Assembly: GCA_951406725.2 (NCBI GenBank) | Contig: OX597820.1 | Coordinates: forward strand, 84,196,001-84,260,000 | Direction of reading: 5' to 3' | DNA length: 64,000 nucleotides | Source of the DNA: Octopus vulgaris | Taxonomy: Eukaryota | Shown: one piece after another, positions 27,756 to 40,295 of the stretch | How the letters are laid out: each line of letters opens with the position of its first letter | How positions within the stretch are numbered: position 1 is the stretch's first letter | The notes under the pieces: generated by a model | Database searches by the model: none | Told to the model about the DNA's origin: nothing | Seen by the model: the letters and a program-made list of their open reading frames with translations, nothing else | Program-made: the position numbers and the translations under genes

Positions 27756-29664
27756 TGTGTGTGTATATATATATATATATATACACACGCAGGCACGCAC
27801 TCTCGTTCACACACACATATATATATATCTAGTGAGAGAGAGGGGGAGCGAGAGCTGAAGAGAGAAATAAACCTATTTAAATTTGTTCATATTTTCAGTG
27901 AACATAACTTCATTATATTTGTCCCAGATATTTGTGAAATCATATATATATACTCGTGTGCATATATCCGTGTACACACACAGAGACACACACACACTCA
28001 AACACAAACACAAACACACATACACTCGGACTCAGACACAGGCACACACAGACACCCCACCCCATATATATAATATATAAATATATACACACACACATAC
28101 AAGTATGTCTGTTTGTGTGTTGCTTGTGAGAATTGGAGTGATAGAAAAGGAACGGGGTGAGAGCGGTTTGGGAGTGAAAGGTCTCAAAGTATTGTCAAAT
28201 TTTTTTTTCTTCACCCTCAACCAACCTATTGATTTCCGTTTAAAAACATAGCAATATTGAGCTGTTTACTTTCACTATGTGGCGCTAATCAATAAAGGGA
28301 AATAATATTCCATTGCTAACAGAAACCGCTTAAAATCAATGAGTGCTGCAAATATTCATATTTGAGAGGAAGAGGAGGCTCTGACTATAGTAAATAACAA
28401 TATTTATTCTGCTTAAATCGTACAGGTACTTAGTTCGAATCCTAGCCTTGCAAATGATTTTAGTCTAGTTATTCGAATCAAGTTGTTGATAATGTGTTGA
28501 TAACTGAATTATATTAGAAAACTGGACAGCAATCCTATATGCAACATTCTAATATCGATATTGTGGTTTTGTAGTTGCTAAGATAGCTTACCTGAAACAG
28601 TTCCGTTTAACCAACTGGGTGTAAAGTCATATTAATCACATCGTGAGGCTAAACACATAGCTCTAAACACTTTAAAAGTTGCATGATTGCTTATCATTCA
28701 TTTATAAGTTCAGGTTTTCCCTAAATAGTAGTTAACAGAGACGTCACAGCCAGGATACGGTACATTTCATAAATAGCATTTTAGCCTGATGCCCTACGTT
28801 TCAATCATTCATTGATCTACCAAGCTGAGTCAGTTAAAATGAGAATATAAAATACTACACGACATGATCTACATTATTCATTTCGGTAGATATATCATCG
28901 AAATCTCTTCAAGTAATACGCTTTAAATTGAGAATGAACACTTTGAATAATTTTGCTCCAGATATCCCAAACCAATTCAAGTGGCATAGGGTTAAACAAC
29001 AACAGCAAAACTACATTACACAGAGTGCTATATTACGCTTAAAGGGCCACTTCATCCCTCTTCTCATCAGTCTTAAAGAAAAGCGTCAAGAAGGATGTAT
29101 ATCTTTCTCTTATCTATCAATTAAAACGAAATCATGCATTTGATTATCCTATATGTTTTCCTCATGTAGGTGAGTTAATAGTGATATGAGGGTTATCTGA
29201 CAGCTAATTCTAGTTAATCAATTCATTGTGTTGTTAATCCCATTCACGCACCTTAATGTTGACATGGCATAGAATAATAGTTCCGTATATGGACTTCTTT
29301 CCTTCCAATATTCAATTTTGTGCCACGAAAATAGATTCTATCCAACATCGAATTTTCTAAAAAGAATTGTACCGAGCGCGTATCTTTTTGGTATTTTAAA
29401 GCACAAGCTATTGGAAGAAAACATTTTTTTGTCTCCTTCAAAGAAGAAATGTTAAGAAATTATATCCTTCCCTTTATCTTCACTGACACTTCAATTTCAA
29501 AGTAAAAGAAACAAAAAAACAAAGAAATAAAATTAAAAAAAAGAAAGCAAATTGAGATTCACGCCTGTTTTGCCAACAATTTAGTCCAAAATACTGAAGA
29601 CCGATAACACATGTCTGACGCCATGAAAATTAACTAATAATGAGGATAATGGTAATGATGCTGA

Positions 29665-29772
29665 TAATAATAATAATAATGAGAAGAAGAAGAAGAAGAA
29701 GAAGAAAAAGAAGAAGAAGAAGAAGAAGAAGAAGAAGAAGAAGAAGAAGAAGAAGAAGAAGAAGAAGAAGAA
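29665..29772. repeat. (AAT)n followed by (GAA)n, ~30 units
   Basis: Visible. Confidence 0.97.
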
Positions 29773-30394
29773 TGCTTTAAAGATTTTAACGAAAACGAAT
29801 GAATAACAAGAATTAGAGACGTATTTAAAGTAAGATTTAATTAAAACTATACAAAAAGAATTTGGGTTTAATGAACGGCGTTGAGGTCTTATTGAGTTGC
29901 TTCTATCACATTTTCTTCGACTATTTATTTTCTTAAATTATTTTCTCTGTAGCTAGTGTTATTGAGTTTGTTGTAAAGGTCTGTGGAACGGATGGGGTTT
30001 GACAAAGAAAAGGAGGGGAGAGGAGAAAGTGAGAGAGAGAGACAGAATATAAAAGACAGAACCTCATTTAAGAAACTATTAGAAATTGCTGTAAAAGAAC
30101 ACATTGTATTTCAATGAATGCTGTTAATCCAATTTTTGTCAATAGTTGTCACAATGTCGAATGGCGGCAAAAAGAAGCGCCCTCTGTTAACAGATAATTT
30201 AAACTAGGTTCTAATTTATTTCTTCAGCAGTAGTTCTTTGAAAGATATTCAATGCTCATTTCTCTAGCACTTTCTACATTTTCTCCTCTCTTGCTTTTCA
30301 TCAAGACAAAATGAGCGAACAGGGGGAAATATAGAAAAAGACGGATACAAATAGAGTTCGTGACCTCTTCAAATATAAATATATATTATCTTTA

Positions 30395-30745
30395 ACACGT
30401 TTCAGTCATTAGACTGTGACCATGCTGGGGCACGGTCTAGAAGAATCTTACTTGAACGACACCGGTACTCATACTTTTAATAGCCTGGTACTTATTCTAT
30501 CGGTCCATTTTGCCGAACCGCTATGTAACGCGAACGTAATCACTCCAGCAAAGATTGTCAAGCAAAGATGGGGGACAAACACAGACAAAAAACATGTATA
30601 CACAAACGGGCTGCTTTCAGTTTCTCTTTACCAAATCCACCTACAAGTCTTTGGTCAGACCGAGGCTAGAGTAGGAGACACTTGCCCAAGATTCCACGCA
30701 GTAATTTGAAGCTGGAACTTAAATTTCTTATCACACAGCGACGCC
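30395..30745 (-). mobile_element. OR-type CORE-like SINE
   Basis: Reverse complement of the 57648-58050 family: TTTCAGTCATTAGACTG.GACCATGCTGG...GACACTTGCCCAAG. Confidence 0.8.
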
Positions 30746-30770
30746 TACGCACGTACATGCATGTGTTTAC

Positions 30771-30925
<155 letters not shown>

Positions 30926-32334
30926 CAGAGAGAGAGTGTGAGTGACAGAGAGAAGGGGTATATGAGGATATTTGGTCAGGATAATCCAAACAAATAGGTA
31001 TGCGTAAATTTTTTATCATTCAATATGTAGATAAATTTTAGATTAAATTAAATGAAATTAAATGTCCTTGACCTGCGTTGCCAAATATATTTACATATGT
31101 GTATATATATATATATTGTTGGTATATTTCCAGATATACACACGCAGGCGCATAGATATACACAGAAACATACATGTATACATACATTAGGCATACATGT
31201 ATATGTGTATATACCCCAACCCCAATATATATGCATATATATATATCGTTTGTAAGGAACATTAATCCAAAAGAAGCACACTCGAAGATGTAGAACAGTA
31301 TATACTAAAAATGAGGAGGGCCGTTTTATGGGATTACCTTAGGTTTCGCACCCATAAAAGGTTTAGCTTTATGGCGTATCGTCACAACCCAAAATCCTGT
31401 TGGCCCATGACCTCTTAAAAGTACCTTTTAAGAGCTCATGACGTTATAGGCCAACATGTTTTTGCAGAACCGCTAACCTAGCATATCAGCGCAGATTTTC
31501 AAGCGATAGTGGGGAAACAGCCGCACACAGACACACACACACACAAACTCACACGCACATGCGCACACGCACACGCTATAAATATGTATGAATATATAAG
31601 CATTCATACATAAGTGCTTTATTATGGAGGGAGGGGTCTATAGCGTTTTGTGCGTTAGATTAATCGTGTGCCTGAATGTAAAGGGAAAATTATAAAAAAA
31701 AAACAATGGAACGTTTATATTTAACGGAAATGAAGTATGATAGAGTTAAGTTGCTCTCATGAGCTTGCTATTTCCTGAAGTAGTATCCACCATATACTTG
31801 GTCAAATGCACTTCTCAATTATTTTGCTGAGACAGTGGCCGAGGCACATTCCTCAGAAAGTTCCCGTGAGAAAAAGTCCAAGCTTTAAACAAACGAATAC
31901 AAAACTAATTGCGAATCGAACCTATGTTAATAATGCAGGAGCACACGCTCACACACACACACAGCATTACTTAAACCACGGAGGTGTATTTATATTAATT
32001 ATATATTTGCTACACAGTGAGAATATTTTGCCTCTAGTGTAAAGTAATCTTAGTTTATATATACAGAGTACGATGAGTCATCTCAGGAAATAGATCACTG
32101 TGGCTTTCGATAAAGACAATTGCGAGCTCTGTTCATACTCAACCCATATTTCCTTAATTGTTATAACACTGTATTAATGGTGATAACGAGCAAGCTATCA
32201 ACAATACAATAAGCTTTTGTTCGTTTGAAATACATTTTTTATTGTGAATGTGTTCAATGACAATGTTCCTTTTATATGGTGTTAGCGATTACTGTTTAGT
32301 CTGCTCTGCCACATATTCACTGATATAGAGAGAA

Positions 32335-32387
<53 letters not shown>

Positions 32388-32461
32388 CGTGTACGCGCGA
32401 GTGTAGATATACACACACACATACTTGCGGATATGAAAAGCTACGTACATACATGCATACG

Positions 32462-32511
<50 letters not shown>

Positions 32512-32580
32512 CACACACACATATATATATATATGCCTGATTATGTGTGTACTTACACGTATGTAAGCATATTATTGTAT

Positions 32581-32790
32581 ATAGTTAATCGAAACATGAA
32601 AACAAAGAGAAAACATAACAACGCGAGGACGTGGAACAAGTATAGTGTTATTGGACGCTCAGGAAAGGAAAGGAAGAAGGAGGATTTAACGTTTTGAGCA
32701 GAGCTCTTCGTCAGAGACATAGAAAAAAGAAACGTACAAGACAGGGAAGAAGGAGAAAGAAAATCGCCAACGATAGACGTGCGGTCGCAT
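32581..32790 (-). mobile_element. Short Penelope-like terminal-repeat element, family 1
   Basis: Reverse-complement match to 46008-46209; contains a hammerhead motif. Confidence 0.75.
32684..32718 (-). ncRNA. Minimal hammerhead ribozyme, mutated core (G12 to A)
   Basis: Minus: GTCT CTGACGA A GAGC TCT GCTC AAAAC GTT AAAT. Confidence 0.65.
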
Positions 32791-32849
32791 ATTGAATGAC
32801 GGATTCAAGCATATGTACACACTTAGATTAATATAGTCACAGACAAGAC

Positions 32850-33012
32850 AGTGAGCTAGCAGAATTGTTAGCACGTCTTTATTTTCTGAGTTCAAAGGTC
32901 ATCTTTGGCTTTCAGCAATTCAAAACCGATAAAATAAGTACTATTTGAATACTGGGGTCTGATTAATTGACGTTGCCCAATCTCCAAAGCTGCTGGCCTT
33001 GTGCTAAAATTT
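32850..33012 (+). mobile_element. Degenerate Meta-like tRNA SINE
   Basis: GTGAGCTAGCAGAATTGTTAGCACG..CTGAGTTCAAA..CGATAAAATAAGTAC..GCTGGCCTTGTGCTAAAAT. Confidence 0.7.
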
Positions 33013-33326
33013 AAAGTGCTTAAATGTAAGTACAAACGTGCATACATATATAAGGGTCATCGGTAGGCTTCCTGCGTACGTCTTTTTTTGCATCAATTTG
33101 TTGTCTTCAAACCCGTATTGTATCATTCATTGTAATATTTTTTCTTATATTTCTTACAATATTCTAAGCTATGACTACAAAACCTGTTGGATATCAAATT
33201 TCCCACATTATTTCACTGATACCTTGGCCAGGTTTTCTTCAAGGCTCGTTTCTAATAGCAAATGCATCACCACTCCTATACATTGAGAGTAGTAGACATC
33301 AATAGCCACTATTACATTTCTTACGT

Positions 33327-36300
33327 TTAGGTAGTGGATAGCGATTTTCTTCACTACTTCAGGGAGTGACGACCCTGTCTGACACGAGTCCCGGGCTCAG
33401 CTGGCTCCGGCTGACAGTACCCGTTGTGGGCCCTATCCAGGGTTACAGAAAGGAGACAAGATTAAAATAAATCAGTAGTGGGTCACCGTAGGCGGTTTAG
33501 TGTTCGACTCGACACTTTTCCGGCAGCTCCTGAAACCAAACTGGTGCCAGACGTAATGTTCTGTACTCCTTTGGACTACGTCAGCAAGGTCGAGAGAGGA
33601 ATCCTGGCGATTGGGCTACCCAGGATTTTCAAATATCTAGCCAAGGCCTGCCCAAAACTAGAGAGGATATTTCAGTGCTGCTGTAAAAAGTGGCAGAAAA
33701 AGCATGTGATGAGCCATAAGTCCATTCTGATTGGCGGAGGATATGGTCGCTACGAGTTACCTCTGACGGTGGGAGGGACCCTCGTGTCCCACCCGTTATT
33801 AACTTCCCACCTCAAGCTGGGTAGCCCCTGGTTAATAAAGTACTGACAGGCCACAGGCCACCTGCTACATTGGGTGCTTGGAGCTAAGAGTTTAACTGGA
33901 AAACCTGCCTGCAACCTCTGCACCAGGAATAACAATCAAAAGACAAGAAATCACCAGTCCTGCAGCTAGCATGCTGGAACGTCAGAACCATATGCCCTGG
34001 CATGTCTGATGACCTATTCAGGGTTGAAGACACAAGAAAGACAGCCATCATTGACTGACAACTTAAGAGGTTCAACATAGACATTGCTGGAGTTCAGGAG
34101 AGAAGACTCCCCTGAAACGGGAAACTCAAAGAACAGGATTTCACCTTCTTTTAGAAGGGAAGAGGTCCAGAGAAACCTTGTCAGCATGGTGTTGGCTTGG
34201 CAGTGAGAAACTCATTACTCTCCTCAATAGAATCACCATCAGGATGCACTGAGTGTATCCTCTCTCTGCGCTTCTTGAGCTCTTCTGGCTCAGTACATCT
34301 ACTGAGCATCTACGCTCCCACGCTCTACAGCTCAGAGGAGACCAAGGACCAGTTCTACAAAGATCTCAGCTGTGTCATTAGAAACATACCAACCAACGAA
34401 AACATCTACTTTCTAGAAGATTTTAACGCTCGCGTGGGATCTGACCATGACTCGTGGCCCATTTGTGTCGGACATTTTGGCATTGGCAATACGAATGACA
34501 ATGGTCACAGACTGCTTGAACTTTGCACATACCATAACCTGTGCATCACCAGCACATTCTTTGCCAACAAGCCATCCCACAAGGCATCACCACTGACATC
34601 ATTTGAATCTCGTTATCACATGAAGATCCTTTCTGAATTCTATCCAACTGACCCGTAGTTACCACAGTGCTGATTGTGACACAGATCGTTCACTAATAAG
34701 AAGCAGGGTGAGGATTCTGCCTAAAAAGTCCATCACTCCAGGAAAACGGGCTGACCACTCATTAACACTGCAAGAATCTCGGACCCTACACTGCGAAAAC
34801 CTTGTTGCTGTTTCTATCAAGGTTGCCCTCAGTAGCTGCTCATCCTCCTCTGATGAAAATAGGTGGAATTATATAAGGTAAGCTTTGTGTTCCATATCAA
34901 TAGATACTCTCGGCATGAGTGAAATGCAAAACCCAGATTGGTTCAGTGCCGGGCTCTCAGAGTTGGAACAGTTATCGAAGCAAAGCGCGCAGCTCTGATA
35001 CAATACAAGAGTGATTCCTCTACAAAGTCACTCGAAGAACTCAGAAAGGCAAGTAATAAAACCCAACTGAGTGCCAGATGCTGTGCAAATAGATATGAAC
35101 AGGAAATATGTCAGAGCATCCAGTCAGCTGCTGACAGCGCGACACCCATGAGATATATGCCGGTTTGAAGAAGGTCCTCGGTTCATCCGCAACCAAGTCA
35201 GTCGCTCTGAAATCAACTACTGGAGATCTCATCAAAGCAAGCAAATGGATAGATGGATGGAGTACTACCAGGATCTCTACACACGGGAGACCACGGTCGC
35301 TGAAGCTGCAATCGAGGGTGTCCAGATTTTGCCAGACATGTGCAAACTTGATAACCTGCTGTCCTTAGCAGAGTTCACCAAATCTATTGACACCCTAGCC
35401 AGTGGCAAGTTTCCGGGAAAAGACGGCATCCCCTCAGAGATCATCAAATGCGGCGAAAACACCGCTCTGCTTTAGCATCTTCATCAGCTTCAGTGTCAGT
35501 GCTGGGAAGAGGGTACAGTCAATCGGGATATACGGGATGCTAACATCAGTACACTTTAAAAAACAAAGGTGACCGTGGTGATTGTAAAAATTACCGTGGA
35601 ATATCTCTTCTAAGCACTGTTGGAAAGGCCTCTGCTCGCATTATCCTGTGCAGGCTGCAACTGCTTGCTTCTTGAATTTATCCAGAATCGCAGTGTGGCT
35701 TTAGAAGAAGCAGATCAACTATTGACATTATATTCTCAATAAGCCAAATTCAGGGGAAATCCAGAGAGCATAAAATGCCATTATATATGGCCTTCATTGT
35801 TCTGATAAAGCTATTTGACTTGCTAAGTAGAAAAGGCTTCTTCATCCTGCTTCAAATAATCGGATATCCACCAAAGCTGCTGATGATCATCAAATCTTTA
35901 CATGATGTTATGCAAGGCACCATACAGCACAATGATTCAACATCAGCCGCCTTCAAAATAAAGAATGTCCTTGCTCCTACATTATTTGGCATCTTCTCAC
36001 TGCTGCTCTCACATACCTTTGAGACATCAGATGATTGATTGTTTCTGCACAGTAGAAGTGACGGGAAACTGTTCAATCTCTCGCGTCTGCGTGTCAAGAC
36101 CAAAATTAGAAGCGTCCCCATCAAGGAGATGCTATTTGCTGCTGCTGCTGCTCTGGTATCACACAAAGAAGAAGCCCTGCAAAGGCTCATCAACTGCTTT
36201 GAGCAAGCATATATCGACTTTGGCTTAGTTATCAGCCTCAAGAAAACTAACATCATGGGTCAGATTACATCGGACATCTCAAACTTACATATTGGAGACC

Positions 36301-37130
36301 ATAGACTACAGGAGGTGGAGAAGTTTGCCTTTCTTGGCTCTACCGTCACCTACAAACTCTCCCTTCATGCCGAGCTCAATATATGCATTTGCAAGGCAGC
36401 TGCTGTGGTGTCGCAACTCTCGAAACGGGCACGGGGCAACTATAAACTGATCGAGACAACAAAAATGAAGATTTACCAGTCATGTATACTTAGTACTCTA
36501 CTGTATGGCGGTGAGACCTGAATGCCAAAAGCATCACCTAGATATCTTTCACCTGCACTGCCTCTGGAAAATCCTTGGCATCAAATGGCAAAATCGTGAC
36601 TCCAACAAATATCTCCTCAAGCAAGTAGGTTACCAAGCATCTTTGCACTCCTCACACAAAGGCGTATGAGATGGCTTTGACATGTTAGTCGTATGGAAGA
36701 TGGCAGAAACCCCAATGACATACTCTACGGGTCTGAGCTTGCTAGGAGTACTAGGTCTGTCGGAAGACCGTTCTTACGATAAAAGGATGTTTGCAAAAGG
36801 GACATGAAGGCTTGCATCGTGAAAATTAGCAACTGGGAAGCGGTTGCCAGCAACCGTAGGGATTGGCGACGCACAATAGAAGGGGGAACACAAAGGAGTG
36901 CCAGAAGAAGAGAGGAGAAATGGAAAGACAAGAAAAGACAACAGGAAACTATGACATTACAACCAGCCAGGCAAAGCATTCGCTACATTTGTGGCACCTG
37001 CAAGAGGGAGTGTTTCTCCAGGATAGGACAACACAGCCACAGCAGGAGATATGTTAGGACATGAAATGTAAAAGCCGGACTGGATTATTTTATGCGCAAC
37101 TCTATTGTCTCCTGAGACAAAAGGATGCCA
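33327..37130 (+). mobile_element. Full-length RTE (BovB-like) LINE, 3.8 kb, with 13-bp TSD
   Basis: TSD ACATTTCTTACGT (33314-33326) / ACATTTCTCACGT (37131-37143); 3' hairpin TTGTCTCCTGAGACAA then GGATGCCA; APE and RT motifs inside. Confidence 0.95.
33930..37064 (+). pseudogene. Disrupted RTE ORF (APE endonuclease + reverse transcriptase + C-terminal CCHH finger)
   Basis: ACWNVRT, SIYAPT, EDFNARVG, PGKDGIPSE, NYRGISLLS, PESQCGFR, LAPTLFGIF, GLVISLKKT, FAFLGS, CGTCKRECFSRIGQHSH; many stops/frameshifts; catalytic (Y/F)ADD reads FAAA. Confidence 0.93.
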
Positions 37131-38719
37131 ACATTTCTCACGTATGTGATCCTACCTTGCTAACCAGCTCGACCGACACTACCACTATAAAAGAACAAGC
37201 AACAATAGCAACAACATATTTTGATTTTTAATCCTCTCTGCCTTTATGTTTTGCCTTTTCCATTCCTTTGAAAATCTATTGAAGCTATTTATAAATATGT
37301 GCTCATAGATTAATAGAATGGTGTCCATAGATAAATATTTAGGTTTTTTTCTACTGCTGTATATGTCGGCACGTCTGCAAGTCTGCTTGTTTGTTTCGTC
37401 CTTTTCTTCAATCACCTCTTCTCCCATTGCCAATGAGTCTCCCAAAACTAATTGCTAGGAATTAGTACCAATGAACATTTAATTACGGCATTGCATATAA
37501 ATCTTGCTAACAAACCCCCCTCAGTTAATAGCACCTACACACATCTACATAAATAGATACCTATTTACAAATGGCCTTTCAAATGTGAAATAGAAACACA
37601 TTTTATGCAAAAGAGGTTCACAATATTGAGTCGTATACTGTAAAGCTACACATCCATACAATACTATGAAATATTATCGTTTAATCATAGAAATATCTTA
37701 ATCCGTGACAAAGGAGAAACTAGGACATGGTTTCCTCTTTACAGGGACCTAACGTGTCGAGTCATTATAAAAACATTGGTTAACGTGTACGTCCTCCAGA
37801 GGCAGACCAGTTTACAATCGAATATCTTGCTAATTGTGCTATCCTTTTGTAAAATACCGGCATGAATGCTACCTTTAAGAGTATAACACTTATCACTAGC
37901 CCTTCATGTACACCATCATCACTCGATAAAGCAGAAACAAGACATAAATGGACTAGGGTAGAAAATAATATGCTGCAGAGGCCTATTATAACGCAATGTA
38001 CTTTCCGTTGGGTAAATCTAATACAGAAGAAGCATATTTAAAACCTTATTATGTCGATAATTTACCCAATATTTACTAGAACGTGATTAGGAATAAGCTG
38101 TAGACTGACATGGCTATCCAACAGAGTGAAATATAATATCAAGCCAAAAGTTTTACGAATGAGAATGTAAATAACGATGGAAAGCATAGAAGTAGAAGGT
38201 GGTTCAAGAAATATCAAAACTGAAGTATTTGACAAAATTGCCGCTGACTCTAAGGTAAATGTGATTGATTAGAGAAGTGGAAATAATAATATTGATTTTG
38301 ACAATCTCAAAACAAAAACTGTGTCATCTACAAAGTTTTTTATTGTTTCTCAGACCACCCACATAAATAGTTTCTTATTCGGAATTGATATTTTTGGCAC
38401 CAATGGAAATCTTTAAAAAATATCAAACAAATAAACTGAGAAAAAAAAAACAAAGAAATGTATAATTCGTATAAACTTTCTGATTGTGAATGATTGTGGA
38501 ATGGCCGCAACATCGACCAAGTTAGAATATCAATTGTCTGATATATTTTGCATACTGATTTGTGTCATTCAACTACCTTTAAAATAGAACCAGGATAATA
38601 TTATGAAGTATAAACCCTTACCCATCAATGCTTAGTATCTTCTGACTTTAAATCAGAAACAGAATGGTTTATCATAGCAGTCCAAGATCAATGTCTACCA
38701 AAAAGTTGCTACCAGGCAA

Positions 38720-38925
38720 ACATATCATAGAACGGCAGAAGTCCAACATGGTGTGTATGTAAACAACAAAATGAAACCATCGATCATCTCTCCATGTGCA
38801 CTCTTTCTGCACCTAGAGAGTTTCTCAACTGGCGTGATAAAGTAGCACAGTATATTCACTGGGTAATTTGCAAAACCTTGAACCTGCCCATGATAAAAAC
38901 TGATGGGAACATAAACCACTTCTAT
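38720..38925 (+). mobile_element. R4/Dong fragment (CCHC region), same family as 6522-7553
   Basis: CVCKQQNETIDHL..DKVAQYIHWVICKTLNLP; nucleotide match to revcomp of ~7080-7260. Confidence 0.8.
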
Positions 38926-39234
38926 TGCGTGAAAATGACCACACCTTACTAATTATGAACTTCACTATTTAAACTGACAGAAAGATAGGTGCGAATAGGC
39001 CAAATATTATTACGGGAAACTCTTGAAAATGTACAGCATAAAGTTTTAAAATTTTACCATAACCTAAGAAGTACATGCACAAAGAATTACTCATATCTAT
39101 GGGAGTGAACGAGATTGCATCCAGGGTGATGAAGTATACAAGGTTGTGTAGAGCAAAATTAATGCGAGAAAAAAAGTATTGGTGTCATCAATACCCTGAT
39201 TACAGATGTTGTAATCTGTTGCTTTAATATCATA

Positions 39235-39550
39235 AGGTCAGTAGTTTATGAAGAGAGGAGGAGGTCGATCACATCGACTCCGAAACTGGTACTAACTTTA
39301 TGGGCCCTGTAAGGAAGAAAGGCAAATTGAACCTCATTAGTATTTGAAATCAGAAACTAAAGACGGACGAAATGCCGCTGAGCATTTGGCCCAGCTTGCA
39401 AACGATACTGCATGCACGTTGTAATAATAATATTGGCTTCGAATTTTGGCAGGAGGCCAGCAATTTTGGTGGAGTGTGTAAGCCGATTACATCGACCTCA
39501 ATGTTCAAATCATACTCATTTTCTCGACCCCGAAATGATGAATGAGAAAG
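39235..39550 (-). mobile_element. Two adjacent degenerate Meta-like SINE pieces
   Basis: GTCGATCACATCGAC..AAAGGCAAA..GACGGACGAAATGCCGCTGAGCATTT and TTTTGGCAGGAGGCCAGCAATTT..TCGACCCCGAAA. Confidence 0.7.
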
Positions 39551-39657
39551 CTGATACACACACACACACACACATGTATATATATACATATGCATACATA
39601 CATTCATACATACACACACACACACACACACATATTTATATATATAAATATATATAA

Positions 39658-40217
39658 TAAATGAAAAATGCATGATAAACAAACGACATAACGTATACTG
39701 AATATGAAAAGAAACGCGAGACAAAGAGAAGGCCCGTAATCCTTCAGTTATCGACCAACAGGTAATATATTGTTTCGCGCATTTAACAATAAAACTGAAT
39801 GCTTCCCAATTGGCGGTGCCCGCGAAAAATGTTTTCTTACGAAGAATTATGGACGAGAACAAACAAAACAATAAAAGCAAAATGACAGAAAGTATGATTT
39901 AGGACTGTGTACAAGGACGAACAGTCGAACTGGTAACGCTTAGAAAATGTCTCGAATGTTGAAGAACGGAGAGAGAATTTGCTACTGGTCATTTTACTTG
40001 TCTTCTTTATTTGTTCTCGTCCCAAATTCTCCACAAGAAAACTTTTTTGCAGGCACCACCAGTTGGAAAGCGCTCTGGATTATTGTTACAGGTAAACATT
40101 ACCAAGAACATTAGCAAGAAGAATTGCAGTCCTTCTGTTTGTCTCCGCTTTTTTTTTACATTTAATATATATTATGTCATTTGTTTATTCACCATACAAT
40201 CATACATTTTTCATTTA
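39658..40217. repeat. Long imperfect inverted repeat (~230-bp arms, ~100-nt loop), unclassified fold-back/MITE
   Basis: Left GCTTCCCAATTGGCGGTGCCCGCGAAAAATGTTTTCTTACGAAGAATTATGGACGAGAACAAA vs right revcomp GCTTTCCAACTGGTGGTGCCTGCAAAAAGTTTTCTTGTGGAGAATTTGGGACGAGAACAAA; outer AAATGAAAAATG also matches. Confidence 0.88.
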
Positions 40218-40252
40218 CTGAATACTGGAACGCAAAACACACCGAATTCATA

Positions 40253-40295
<43 letters not shown>

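Noticed and set aside
28586-28600. Other AG|GT fusions (minus 28590, plus 40091)
   Set aside because: Weak pyrimidine tracts; expected by chance
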